Shown one piece after another: positions 54,801 to 63,628 of a DNA stretch of 64,000 nt. Made by a program: the position numbers and the translations under genes. The stretch lies in IMG/VR virus record IMGVR_UViG_3300032167_000073; one strand, given 5' to 3'. The DNA is from a virus. Taxonomy: Duplodnaviria > Heunggongvirae > Uroviricota > Caudoviricetes. The first letter of the stretch is position 1. Every line of letters starts with the position of its first letter. Below the pieces are notes generated by a model that did not search any database, was not told the origin of the DNA, and saw only the letters and a list, made by a program, of their open reading frames with translations.

Positions 54801-55067
54801 ATGGAACAGACTCAAAAGAAGTACGGCAAAGAGATGACCGGATACGGAGAAAACAAGCACGATTATATCAGTCAGGATGAAATCACGGTGACGATTACGC
54901 TGGCCGAGTATCGTGAGCTTGTTGAAAAGAACGCAACAAGGCATCAGGAGATCGAGAAGATCAATGCCAAGATGAACGAAAAGGATAGAGAGATCCAGCG
55001 TCTCAAAGATAAGATCGAGCGCATGCTTGTGCTTGATGTGAAGACAGATGAGGAGGAACCCTTCTAA
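54801..55067 (+). CDS. hypothetical coiled-coil protein
   Basis: ORF on + strand. Confidence 0.45.
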   Translation: MEQTQKKYGKEMTGYGENKHDYISQDEITVTITLAEYRELVEKNATRHQEIEKINAKMNEKDREIQRLKDKIERMLVLDVKTDEEEPF

Positions 55068-55612
55068 TGGCTAATGTGAATGTTGATAATAACAAGATGT
55101 GGTTTATCGAGCCGGGTTGCGCCGTGATTTCCCATGGCAGATATGGCGATAAGGACAACAACTATTACGCGATTTCCATTCATGCGTCTCCCAAGTGCAG
55201 GAATGTTGGCGCGATTGAAGAGATGACCGAGGAAGAGGCCAAAGAGTGCGTGCATGTAACTGGACTCGTGTTTAAGAATGCCGAACATATGCGCGGCTAT
55301 CTGGAGTCTATGCAGAAGCTCTATGATCTCATCTTGGAAGATGAGAAGACGAAGGATATGCGTCATCCGCTTTCAATCGACTTTATCCTGAATGAAGTGG
55401 ATGACCTTGGAAGTCCTGTCTGGGTCGAGTTCTTCAGCGGCGCTCTTGTCCCAATGGTGATTACAAATTGTAACCACCAGTATGGCGAGCAGATTCTGGA
55501 TGGCAATGTGTACAAGCTCGCAGACTATGGCCGCACTTGGCGCGTATGGAAGGACAAGCCGACCAAGGAAGAGCGCGATGCGCACGCTTGGAGACAGAAA
55601 GCAGAATCTTGA
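55067..55612 (+). CDS. hypothetical protein (181 aa)
   Basis: ATGG overlap with upstream stop. Confidence 0.5.
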   Translation: MANVNVDNNKMWFIEPGCAVISHGRYGDKDNNYYAISIHASPKCRNVGAIEEMTEEEAKECVHVTGLVFKNAEHMRGYLESMQKLYDLILEDEKTKDMRHPLSIDFILNEVDDLGSPVWVEFFSGALVPMVITNCNHQYGEQILDGNVYKLADYGRTWRVWKDKPTKEERDAHAWRQKAES

Positions 55613-55700
55613 TCTGTGGAGAGCAATTTCTGCAAATCACACGAAAATACTATCATAGTGGGGTATATATCCCATAATTATATAGAAAAGAGGGATAAAT

Positions 55701-55952
55701 ATGGATCTTAAAGACACGATTGATATGATGACCAGCGTTGACCATCAGCAGCGTTTTAAGGCAGAATACGATCAAACCAAGATCAGGCGCGATAGGCTTT
55801 ATAGGATGGTTGAATCCTATGCAAGCGACGCACTTGGTTTCACGCCAAAGTGTCCGATGGAGCTGCTTATGGATCAGATCAAGGCGATGGACAAGTATCT
55901 GTTCATTTTGCTTGAACGAGCGAAGATCGAGGGAATCGATCTGACAACCTGA
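55701..55952 (+). CDS. hypothetical protein
   Basis: ORF on + strand. Confidence 0.4.
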   Translation: MDLKDTIDMMTSVDHQQRFKAEYDQTKIRRDRLYRMVESYASDALGFTPKCPMELLMDQIKAMDKYLFILLERAKIEGIDLTT

Positions 55953-55953
55953 C

Positions 55954-56703
55954 ATGACGGATAGGGTTACATTGCATCAAGGAGACTGCCTTGAGCTGAT
56001 GAAGGAGATCCCAAGTCACAGCATCGATATGGTTTTGTGCGATCTTCCATATGGCGGAGTAACCAAGAACAAATGGGACTCCGCGCTTCCTCTGGATGAG
56101 CTGTGGAGGCAATACAAGCGAATCATCAAGCCTAATGCTGCGATTGTGCTGTTTTCAGACGGCATGTTTGAAGCAAATCTGATGCTCTCCAATCCGAAAA
56201 TGTGGCGGTACAATCTCGTTTGGGATAAGGTGCTTGTCACTGGATTTCTGAATGCAAACCGTATGCCACTCAGATCCCATGAAGAAATCTGCGTCTTCTA
56301 TGATAAACAGCCAGTATATCATCCGCAGAAGACGATAGGGGAGAAGAATCATAGCAGCGGTGCAAAGAAGGATAGAGCAAACCATAATTATGGCTCATTC
56401 GATTTTGTTGATAATTCAGAATCGCTTGGCTGTATGAAGCATCCAAGAAGTATCGTTCGTTTTCAAAAGCCGCACGCTTCTAAGACGGTTCATCCAACTC
56501 AAAAACCTGTTGAGCTGTGTGAATACCTGATCAAAACCTATACTGATGAAAACCATATCGTGCTGGATAACTGTATGGGTTCTGGCACAACGGGCATTGC
56601 CTGCGTCAATACAGGCAGGCGTTTTATCGGTATAGAAAAGGATGAAGGGTATTTCAGTATAGCAGAACGTCGAATTCGTGATGCAATTCATGACAACAAA
56701 TAA
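55954..56703 (+). CDS. DNA methyltransferase, beta-class N6-adenine/N4-cytosine (DPPY family)
   Basis: motif IV CDLPYGG precedes AdoMet motif I DNCMGSGTTGIA; HPTQKPVEL. Confidence 0.8.
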   Translation: MTDRVTLHQGDCLELMKEIPSHSIDMVLCDLPYGGVTKNKWDSALPLDELWRQYKRIIKPNAAIVLFSDGMFEANLMLSNPKMWRYNLVWDKVLVTGFLNANRMPLRSHEEICVFYDKQPVYHPQKTIGEKNHSSGAKKDRANHNYGSFDFVDNSESLGCMKHPRSIVRFQKPHASKTVHPTQKPVELCEYLIKTYTDENHIVLDNCMGSGTTGIACVNTGRRFIGIEKDEGYFSIAERRIRDAIHDNK

Positions 56704-56744
56704 TCCAGAAAAAGTATTGACTGAAACGTGGATTAGATGTATAA
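56701..56744 (+). promoter_or_regulatory. conserved phage promoter module, class 1
   Basis: AATCCAGAAAAAGTATTGACT (56715-56720), N18, TATAAT (56739-56744). Confidence 0.65.
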
Positions 56745-56768
56745 TAATGTCAATCAATACTTATAGGA

Positions 56769-56900
56769 GTGATCGGTATGTTATGTAAGAAATGTTTTAA
56801 GCCGATGAAAGTGGTTGTCCAGTTTACCAAGGAAAAGGCGGTGACATTCAATCGCTGCCCGATCTGCTGGTTTGAAACGAGAAAGACACCTTTTCAATTC
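56769..56900 (+). CDS. small zinc-ribbon protein
   Basis: CKKCFKPM...CPICWF; C-terminal extent uncertain (ORF reads through next promoter module). Confidence 0.35.
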
Positions 56901-56935
56901 CCTAGTTTAAAACCAAAGCAGACAAAGTATAAACA
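56901..56935 (+). promoter_or_regulatory. conserved promoter module, class 2
   Basis: AAAACCAAAGCAGACAAAGTATAAACAG. Confidence 0.45.
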
Positions 56936-56979
56936 GAACAATGCGATTGCTCCACCGGAAAAGAAAAAGGAGCAAGGAA

Positions 56980-58293
56980 ATGTACAACGCATACATTACA
57001 ACAATCCGGGATCTAAGAAAGCACAGCAACGCAGATCGTCTGCAGTGCGCAACAATCTTCGGAAATAACGTCATTGTCGATCTGAGCTATCAGGTCGGTC
57101 AGCGCGTAATCTATTTCCCGGTCGATGGTCAGCTCAGTGAAGAGTTTGCCAAGGCTAATAACCTTGTCCGAATCAAGGATGAAAACGGAAACAACACAGG
57201 CGGATATCTTGACCCGGATAAGCGGAATATCACAGCACTCAAGTTGCGCGGCGAAAAGTCTGATGGTCTGGTTCTTCCGATTAAGGTACTTGAGCCGTAT
57301 GTGGACATCAATACCCTTGTCGATGGCCAGCAGATCAGCGAGCTCAACGGGCATCTGATTTGCCGTAAGTATATTCCACGCAGACAGGCGGCGAAGACGA
57401 CTGGCGGTAACGGAAAGTATAAGGATAAGCGCAAGCCGGAGGATAAGGTTAATTATCCATTCTTCAAGGAGCATATCGACACGGCGCAGCTCGCCTATAA
57501 TCAGGGCGCGTTCAGGCCGGGTGATACATGCTACATCACCTTGAAGATGCATGGAACTTCCGCAAGAACGGCCAACACCATTGAGGTTCGCCGCAAGCCG
57601 ACTCGTTTCTATCATCATCTTTTCCGCACAAAGCCCAAGGAAACCCGTCATTATTCCTGCGTAAGCGGTACGCGCCGTACCACGCTCAGGAATTACGACG
57701 GCGGATACTATGGCAGCAATGCGTTCAGAGAGCAGTATCATGCGATGCTGCGAGATCGTCTGCCCAAGGGTATGTGCGTGTTCTACGAGATCGTTGGCTG
57801 GATTGATGAGAGCAAGACCATTATGGGACGTTGCTCCAATAAGCTGGTTAAGGATAAGGAGTTCACAAAGCAGTATGGTGATGAGACTGTCTTCTCCTAT
57901 GGCTGCGATATCGGCAAGAGCGATATCTATGTCTATCGCATGACTATGAGCAATGAGGATGGTTACGAAGTTGAAATCCCGTGGGAGCAGGTCAAGATCG
58001 AATGTGAAAAGATGGGTGTGAAGTGTGTTCCTGAATTTGAAAAGTTCATTTTCACCACTTGGGAAGACCTCATGGAGCGCGTTGAAAAGTATTACGACGG
58101 CGCAGATCCCATCGGTAAGACGCATGTACGAGAGGGCGTAGTTGTGCGAATTGATAACCGCGAGCACTTTACAGCCTATAAGCACAAGAATTTCAGCTTT
58201 AAGGTGCTTGAAGGAATCATCAAGGATACAGCGGATGCCCCGGATATTGAAGAAGCTGAGGAGCAGATGACAAATGATGTTCAAGACGAATGA
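56980..58293 (+). CDS. ATP-dependent RNA ligase (Rnl2-like nucleotidyltransferase) with N-terminal extension
   Basis: motif I KMHGTS (cf. T4 Rnl2 KIHGTN), motif IV/V REGVVVRIDN...K; start after AAGGAG RBS. Confidence 0.6.
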   Translation: MYNAYITTIRDLRKHSNADRLQCATIFGNNVIVDLSYQVGQRVIYFPVDGQLSEEFAKANNLVRIKDENGNNTGGYLDPDKRNITALKLRGEKSDGLVLPIKVLEPYVDINTLVDGQQISELNGHLICRKYIPRRQAAKTTGGNGKYKDKRKPEDKVNYPFFKEHIDTAQLAYNQGAFRPGDTCYITLKMHGTSARTANTIEVRRKPTRFYHHLFRTKPKETRHYSCVSGTRRTTLRNYDGGYYGSNAFREQYHAMLRDRLPKGMCVFYEIVGWIDESKTIMGRCSNKLVKDKEFTKQYGDETVFSYGCDIGKSDIYVYRMTMSNEDGYEVEIPWEQVKIECEKMGVKCVPEFEKFIFTTWEDLMERVEKYYDGADPIGKTHVREGVVVRIDNREHFTAYKHKNFSFKVLEGIIKDTADAPDIEEAEEQMTNDVQDE

Positions 58294-59302
58294 ACACTCT
58301 CTTGAAACTCCGCAAACTTTGGGCGTTTCAGAATGCAATTCTGACGATAAAACACCCGTTTTATTCATGATGATCGGTCTTCCGGGCAGCGGCAAGTCTA
58401 CTTACGCCAAGGAGATTGCTGCTGACCCTGAAGGTCTCCATCCGGTCATTCTCTCCTCCGATGAGCTCCGCAAGGAGCTCTTTGGAGACGATGAAGATCA
58501 GAGCCATAATGCGCAGGTTTTCGATGAGCTTCACAAGCGCATCAAGGAGAATCTGCAAAATGGCGTGAGCGTCATCTATGATGCGACCAACATCGATAAG
58601 AAGCGCCGCGTCGATTTCTTGCAGTCCATCAAGAAGATTGATTGCATTAAGACCGCTATTGCTGTGATGACTCCGTATGACGTTTGCCTTGAGCGCTGTA
58701 AGAAGCGTGACCGCAAGGTGCCGGAATACGTCATTCGCAGAATGCTCATGAACTACGCGCCGCCTCATATCCATGAGGGATTCGATTATGTCCACTTCGA
58801 CTTTGAGCATGCCGATTTGGACTGCGACGCTCCTATGAAGTATTCTCTGTGCAATCTCTCTCAGCATCCGGGCGGTTTCTTCGATCTGGATCATGAGAAT
58901 AAGCATCATCGTGATACGGTTGGCGTGCATTGCTTCAATGCTATGATGTATCTGTATTTTGCAAAGCCGAACCATAAGCTTTTGCAGCTTGCAGCCCTTC
59001 TTCATGACATTGGTAAGCCGTTTACGAAAACCAAGATGAATAAGCGCAGAGAGTTTGACGGCGACTATCATTATTATCAGCATCACTGTGTTGGCGCATA
59101 TGAATCTCTTTTCTATCTGATTTATCTTGCACTAACCAATAATGAACGCGCATATATCGCCAATCTGATCTATTACCACATGCATCCTTATATGAGCTGG
59201 AAGCAGTCTGAAAAGGCGAAGCTCAGGGATATGCGCCTGATTGGTGAGGACATGTTTGCCGATGTTATGACGCTTCATGAAGCCGACATTGCTGCACATT
59301 GA
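58274..59302 (+). CDS. polynucleotide kinase / HD phosphohydrolase (Pnkp-like end-healing enzyme)
   Basis: Walker A MMIGLPGSGKSTYAKEI, DATNIDKKRR kinase lid; C-terminal HD domain LLHDIGKP ... HH. Confidence 0.65.
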   Translation: MMFKTNEHSLETPQTLGVSECNSDDKTPVLFMMIGLPGSGKSTYAKEIAADPEGLHPVILSSDELRKELFGDDEDQSHNAQVFDELHKRIKENLQNGVSVIYDATNIDKKRRVDFLQSIKKIDCIKTAIAVMTPYDVCLERCKKRDRKVPEYVIRRMLMNYAPPHIHEGFDYVHFDFEHADLDCDAPMKYSLCNLSQHPGGFFDLDHENKHHRDTVGVHCFNAMMYLYFAKPNHKLLQLAALLHDIGKPFTKTKMNKRREFDGDYHYYQHHCVGAYESLFYLIYLALTNNERAYIANLIYYHMHPYMSWKQSEKAKLRDMRLIGEDMFADVMTLHEADIAAH

Positions 59303-59313
59303 GGTGAAATAGA

Positions 59314-59547
59314 ATGAAGAGCAAGAAGAACATGAAAGCTGCGCATGAGATCATGGATAAGATGCAGAAGACGGCAACCGCCTCCGGCATTCTGATGACC
59401 ATCAGAATCATCAAGTCTATTTACAGCGACGAGACAAAGAGCGACAAGGAGAAGCTTGATGCCATTATCGCTTTTGTCGATAGTTCCTATGAAAAGTTTG
59501 AATCCGGGCGCAAGCAGGCAGCAGAAAAGGCGGCGGCTTCTAAGTGA
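59314..59547 (+). CDS. hypothetical small protein
   Basis: ORF on + strand. Confidence 0.4.
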   Translation: MKSKKNMKAAHEIMDKMQKTATASGILMTIRIIKSIYSDETKSDKEKLDAIIAFVDSSYEKFESGRKQAAEKAAASK

Positions 59548-60005
59548 CATATAATAAGGAAGAAATTGCCTCCGTTGCTGATAGCCTGAAATGCGCAGCA
59601 CAGGCTTCTTATATCCCGTTTAACTGCGGCGCAAAATGCCCAGCTTACAATTGGTGCAAAAGCGGTACTGACGGGTTTGACAAGGATAAAGATTGCATCT
59701 TTGATCAAGCCGCTGTGATGCTTGAAGATTACATGAAGATCCTGCCAGAGCCTCTAAAGCCTCTCACAGTGGATGAGATGATTGCCTATGTGCAGGATAA
59801 GAACAGCGTCCCCGTTCTGTATTGGCTTTCACGCGATCCAAAGCGTAAATCTGGATGGGAGCATGTCGTTTCAATCACTTATGGCATTAATTTCAACGAT
59901 CAGAATCAAATGGATTTTGTGCGTGAAGGATACGGAAAAAGATATGTTGTCTTTACGAAAAAGCCATCTGATGATGAAATCGCTGCTGTCCAGTGGAGGG
60001 ATTAG
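59544..60005 (+). CDS. hypothetical protein (153 aa)
   Basis: ORF on + strand. Confidence 0.45.
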   Translation: MTYNKEEIASVADSLKCAAQASYIPFNCGAKCPAYNWCKSGTDGFDKDKDCIFDQAAVMLEDYMKILPEPLKPLTVDEMIAYVQDKNSVPVLYWLSRDPKRKSGWEHVVSITYGINFNDQNQMDFVREGYGKRYVVFTKKPSDDEIAAVQWRD

Positions 60006-60008
60006 CCG

Positions 60009-60255
60009 TATGCAATCAGGCGAAACAAGATCAAACGGGTGCTTTGTTGCACAGCTTGCAGATTATCTTCCGCATATGGTGTCAAAGGTAATCTGCCTCA
60101 AATGCTATAAGCGATGGATAGCAGTCCGTCCAACACATACATTGCTTGAATCGCTGGAATGTCCAAACTGCGGTGCCGGATACGTTATTGAAACGGGACA
60201 GGTATTGAAAAACAGCGATTCTTACAACGAAGAGGAAGTAACACATTATGAATAG
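60009..60255 (+). CDS. small zinc-ribbon protein
   Basis: CLKCYKRW...CPNCGAGY. Confidence 0.4.
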
Positions 60256-61162
60256 AGACGCACTTGGCGACCGAATGAAAGCATATCAAAATGTGCATCG
60301 CATTTATCTGACTAGGCGCATGCCTCTGATTATCCGTATTGATGGCAAGGCGTTCCGTAGTTATACCCGCAATTTTACGCAGCCATATGACAACGTTCTC
60401 ATTTCTTCGATGCAGCAGACAGCGAAGTATCTGTGCGAAAACATCGAGGGGTGCAAGCTTGCTTATACGCAGTCGGACGAGATTTCACTTCTTCTGACGG
60501 ATTATAAGACGTTCAATACGCAGCCATGGTTTAGCAAGAATTTGCAGAAGATGGTGTCCGTCGCAGCAAGTATGGCGACTATGGCGTTCAACCAAGCATT
60601 TACCGATGCAACTTTTGATGCAGCAAATTATGCTTACAACGATGAATTGCATAACACTACGGAAGATCGTCAAAAGGCATATGCCGAAGTAATGAACAGG
60701 TATAAAGCAAAATGTGGCATGGCAATGTTCGATGCCCGTGCATTCCTTCTCCCCAAAGAAGAGGTGTGCAATTACTTCATCTGGCGGCAGCAGGACGCAT
60801 CTAGGAATTCCATCAATATGCTTGGCAGAGCATATTTCTCTCATAAAGAGATGAACGACAAGAATACCAGCCAGATTCAGGACATGCTCATTGAAAAGTA
60901 TGGTATCAACTGGAACGACATTGAAACGCATAAGAAGCGCGGTTCCTGTGTGATCAAGGAGACCTACGAAACGAAGGTTCCAATGACAAAGGTTCGTCCA
61001 AAGAAGGATTCTCCTGAAAACTGGCAGGACATTGAATTCATTCCTATCGCACCAGAACTCGATGTTCCAACCATTCAGCGATCCAGATGGATTGTTGATA
61101 TGGAGATCCCAATTTTTACAAAAGACCGTGAGTATATCGATAAGTATGTACGAGGAGGCTGA
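60248..61162 (+). CDS. Thg1-like protein (tRNA-His guanylyltransferase family 3'-5' polymerase)
   Basis: YLTRRMPLIIRIDGKAFRSYTRNFTQPYD and AYTQSDEISLLL match Thg1/TLP catalytic core. Confidence 0.7.
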   Translation: MNRDALGDRMKAYQNVHRIYLTRRMPLIIRIDGKAFRSYTRNFTQPYDNVLISSMQQTAKYLCENIEGCKLAYTQSDEISLLLTDYKTFNTQPWFSKNLQKMVSVAASMATMAFNQAFTDATFDAANYAYNDELHNTTEDRQKAYAEVMNRYKAKCGMAMFDARAFLLPKEEVCNYFIWRQQDASRNSINMLGRAYFSHKEMNDKNTSQIQDMLIEKYGINWNDIETHKKRGSCVIKETYETKVPMTKVRPKKDSPENWQDIEFIPIAPELDVPTIQRSRWIVDMEIPIFTKDREYIDKYVRGG

Positions 61163-61167
61163 TTCCC

Positions 61168-61413
61168 TTGGAGAAGATCAATACGATTTGCGAAGCCATT
61201 CTTTGCATTACCGATGAAGACTTTGCAGAAATGGAAGAAATCATTGAGCAGCAGCTCAACTACATCAATCCCCTGAGAATGGCTACAACCGGATACAAGA
61301 ACCAGCTTGGCAGGCATAACCGCGATGTCGTGAATAAGCTGCGTGAGCTGAAAGAGATTCTTGAGGTCGGAGCAAATATTATGCCGCCGAATTCGGCAGG
61401 AAAGGAAGACTAA
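61168..61413 (+). CDS. hypothetical small protein
   Basis: ORF on + strand. Confidence 0.4.
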   Translation: MEKINTICEAILCITDEDFAEMEEIIEQQLNYINPLRMATTGYKNQLGRHNRDVVNKLRELKEILEVGANIMPPNSAGKED

Positions 61414-61416
61414 GAT

Positions 61417-62055
61417 ATGACGGAAGAAAAAAAGAGCACGTTTGCCGTGCTCAGTAACGTTGATGTCAGCGAAAAGATTAAAGAAAAGAATAACCTGAGA
61501 TACATTTCTTGGGCATCTGCATGGGCAGAGGTGAAGAAGCGCTACCCTGATGCAAAGTTTCATGTGTATAAGCAGATCATGGATGATGGTGGCAATACCC
61601 GCCCGTGGCATACGGATGATAAGTCTGGTTGGGTTGAGGTCGGCGTAACCATCGATGGCGAAGAGATCATTGAAACGCTTGCCATCATGAATCATGCGAA
61701 CAAGGCGATTCCGGCAGCGGATATTACGTCCGTCGATGCAAATAAATCCATTAAGCGTTGCCTTGTCAAGTGTATCGCCCTCCATGGTCTTGGCCTGTAT
61801 ATCTATGAATCTGAGGATCTGCCGGAAGAGCTTACCAAGATCATTGAGCTGCAGGAAAAGATCGCAGAACTGGTCAAGAAGAAGTGCGCATTGTCTGATG
61901 CTGCAAAGGCAAAGGTTAAGGAATACTGCGTAGCCGCAGAAAAATCCGCCAATCCGCAGATGGAAGACGATGAGATTACTGGCAACTATAAGAACATTGA
62001 CGACATGGGTGTTCTTGAAAAACTGGAACGTCAGCTTCTGGCTGTAAGAAAGTGA
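61417..62055 (+). CDS. Rad52/Sak-type single-strand annealing protein
   Basis: NKSIKRCLVKCIALHGLGLYIY resembles the Rad52-family ...ALKRAL..FGLG..LY signature; sits next to SSB. Confidence 0.55.
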   Translation: MTEEKKSTFAVLSNVDVSEKIKEKNNLRYISWASAWAEVKKRYPDAKFHVYKQIMDDGGNTRPWHTDDKSGWVEVGVTIDGEEIIETLAIMNHANKAIPAADITSVDANKSIKRCLVKCIALHGLGLYIYESEDLPEELTKIIELQEKIAELVKKKCALSDAAKAKVKEYCVAAEKSANPQMEDDEITGNYKNIDDMGVLEKLERQLLAVRK

Positions 62056-62065
62056 GGAATAAACT

Positions 62066-62482
62066 ATGGGTTTTAGACAGGATGCATTTGCGCGAGTATG
62101 GAGCGTAACCGCGCACGAAAACTATTCCACTGCAAATATTACGGTAAGCCGTAAGTCTAGGGAAGATGAATCAAAGTACGAGGTTGTCTTCAAGGATGGA
62201 TACACTCGATTTGTTGGCGAAGCGCACAAGAAGATTTCTGGCGTTACCGTTGGCGACGGCGGTATTTCCATCAAGATTCTCTCCTGCGATGTAGAGAACC
62301 GATACGATGCGGATAAGAAGAAGCTGTATACCAATTACATGGTGTTTGATTTCGAATTCCCGGATTCAAACGGTGGCGGCAAGACTGGTGGAAAGTCCAG
62401 CAGTGCAGCAAAGTCTTCTCCAAAGGCTTCAAAGCCAGCTCCTGCAGCAACCGAAGCTGACGAAGAAGAGCTTCCGTTCTAA
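62066..62482 (+). CDS. ssb: single-stranded DNA-binding protein
   Basis: OB-fold-sized N-domain, Gly/Ser-rich linker, acidic tail ending DEEELPF. Confidence 0.7.
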   Translation: MGFRQDAFARVWSVTAHENYSTANITVSRKSREDESKYEVVFKDGYTRFVGEAHKKISGVTVGDGGISIKILSCDVENRYDADKKKLYTNYMVFDFEFPDSNGGGKTGGKSSSAAKSSPKASKPAPAATEADEEELPF

Positions 62483-62486
62483 CAAA

Positions 62487-62515
62487 TAACCAAAGCAGAA
62501 AAAGTATATCGAGGT
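62487..62515 (+). promoter_or_regulatory. conserved promoter module, class 2
   Basis: AACCAAAGCAGAAAAAGTATATCGAGG. Confidence 0.45.
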
Positions 62516-62521
62516 AATAAT

Positions 62522-63139
62522 ATGGATAACCAGATGAACATTGATCGCTTTGAAAATCTGCTTTCCAACGTCAAGCGTGAAGGAATGCCTGCGCTGATGG
62601 CTTTTATTAAGAAGTCCGATTTTTATACGGCTCCTGCAAGCACGCGCTATCATTCCTGTCACGAGGGCGGACTGCTTGAGCACAGCCTCAACGTTTACGA
62701 TTGCCTAATGGCAAAGCTTGAAAACCCCACTTGGGCAGAAGCGCTTTCTCAAGTTGAGCCGGAGAGCATCGTTATTGCCGCTCTGCTTCATGATCTCTGC
62801 AAGTGTTATTACTATGCGGTAGAAATGAAGAACAAGAAGGTGTACAGCGAAACGGGCAGCAAGGTCGATAATGGTGGTCGCTATGATTGGCAGCTCGTTC
62901 CCGGCTATACGACGGATGACAAAATTCCGTATGGTCATGGCGAAAAGTCCGTCATGATGATCGAAGAGTATATCAGGCTCAAGCCCGTTGAGCGTTACGC
63001 GATCCGTTGGCATATGGGATTCACTGAGCCAAAGGAAAGCTGGAATACGCTCGGTCTTGCCATGAAAAAGCATCCATTGATTCTTGCCATTCATGAGGCG
63101 GACGTTGAAGCAACCTATCTGCTTGAAAAAGAGGAATAA
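62522..63139 (+). CDS. HD-domain phosphohydrolase
   Basis: H...HEGGLLEHSL and AALLHDLCK (HD motif). Confidence 0.65.
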   Translation: MDNQMNIDRFENLLSNVKREGMPALMAFIKKSDFYTAPASTRYHSCHEGGLLEHSLNVYDCLMAKLENPTWAEALSQVEPESIVIAALLHDLCKCYYYAVEMKNKKVYSETGSKVDNGGRYDWQLVPGYTTDDKIPYGHGEKSVMMIEEYIRLKPVERYAIRWHMGFTEPKESWNTLGLAMKKHPLILAIHEADVEATYLLEKEE

Positions 63140-63142
63140 ACA

Positions 63143-63628
63143 ATGAGCGCTAAATCAGGTGAGAAGACAAGGGTTTGTAAGAATAAGCGCTGCAAACATG
63201 GCGGCAAGATTCTGATTGATTCAGAGCCGTTCGTCAAAGAAAAGAATGGCTATTATCATGAGTCCTGTTTTCAGGAGAAAAAGGATATGATGCTCATTCG
63301 TGACCTATGGATGAAGCATGTCAGCGCAACCGTTGTCATTTCTCAGCTTAATAAGGTGCTGTCTGAACTACTGGATATTCCCGGAGTAACATCCGGGTAT
63401 CTGGTGTTCGTTATGCAGTACGTCATCGATAATCACTGCAAACTCAGATATCCAATGGGTTTTAAATACTACGTTGATAACCAGAACATTCGGGATGCTT
63501 ACACAAAGAAAACAAAACCAGTGGTCAAGCAGGCTCAGTTCGTTGTCAAGCAGGACATCGATAATGTTCCGGTGTTTTCAGCACCTAAGAAACCTTCTGG
63601 ATTTGCCAGTATTCTAGGAGGTAAATGA
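63143..63628 (+). CDS. hypothetical protein (possible helicase-loading partner)
   Basis: N-terminal CKNKRCKHGG zinc motif; immediately upstream of, and overlapping, the dnaB-like gene. Confidence 0.4.
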   Translation: MSAKSGEKTRVCKNKRCKHGGKILIDSEPFVKEKNGYYHESCFQEKKDMMLIRDLWMKHVSATVVISQLNKVLSELLDIPGVTSGYLVFVMQYVIDNHCKLRYPMGFKYYVDNQNIRDAYTKKTKPVVKQAQFVVKQDIDNVPVFSAPKKPSGFASILGGK

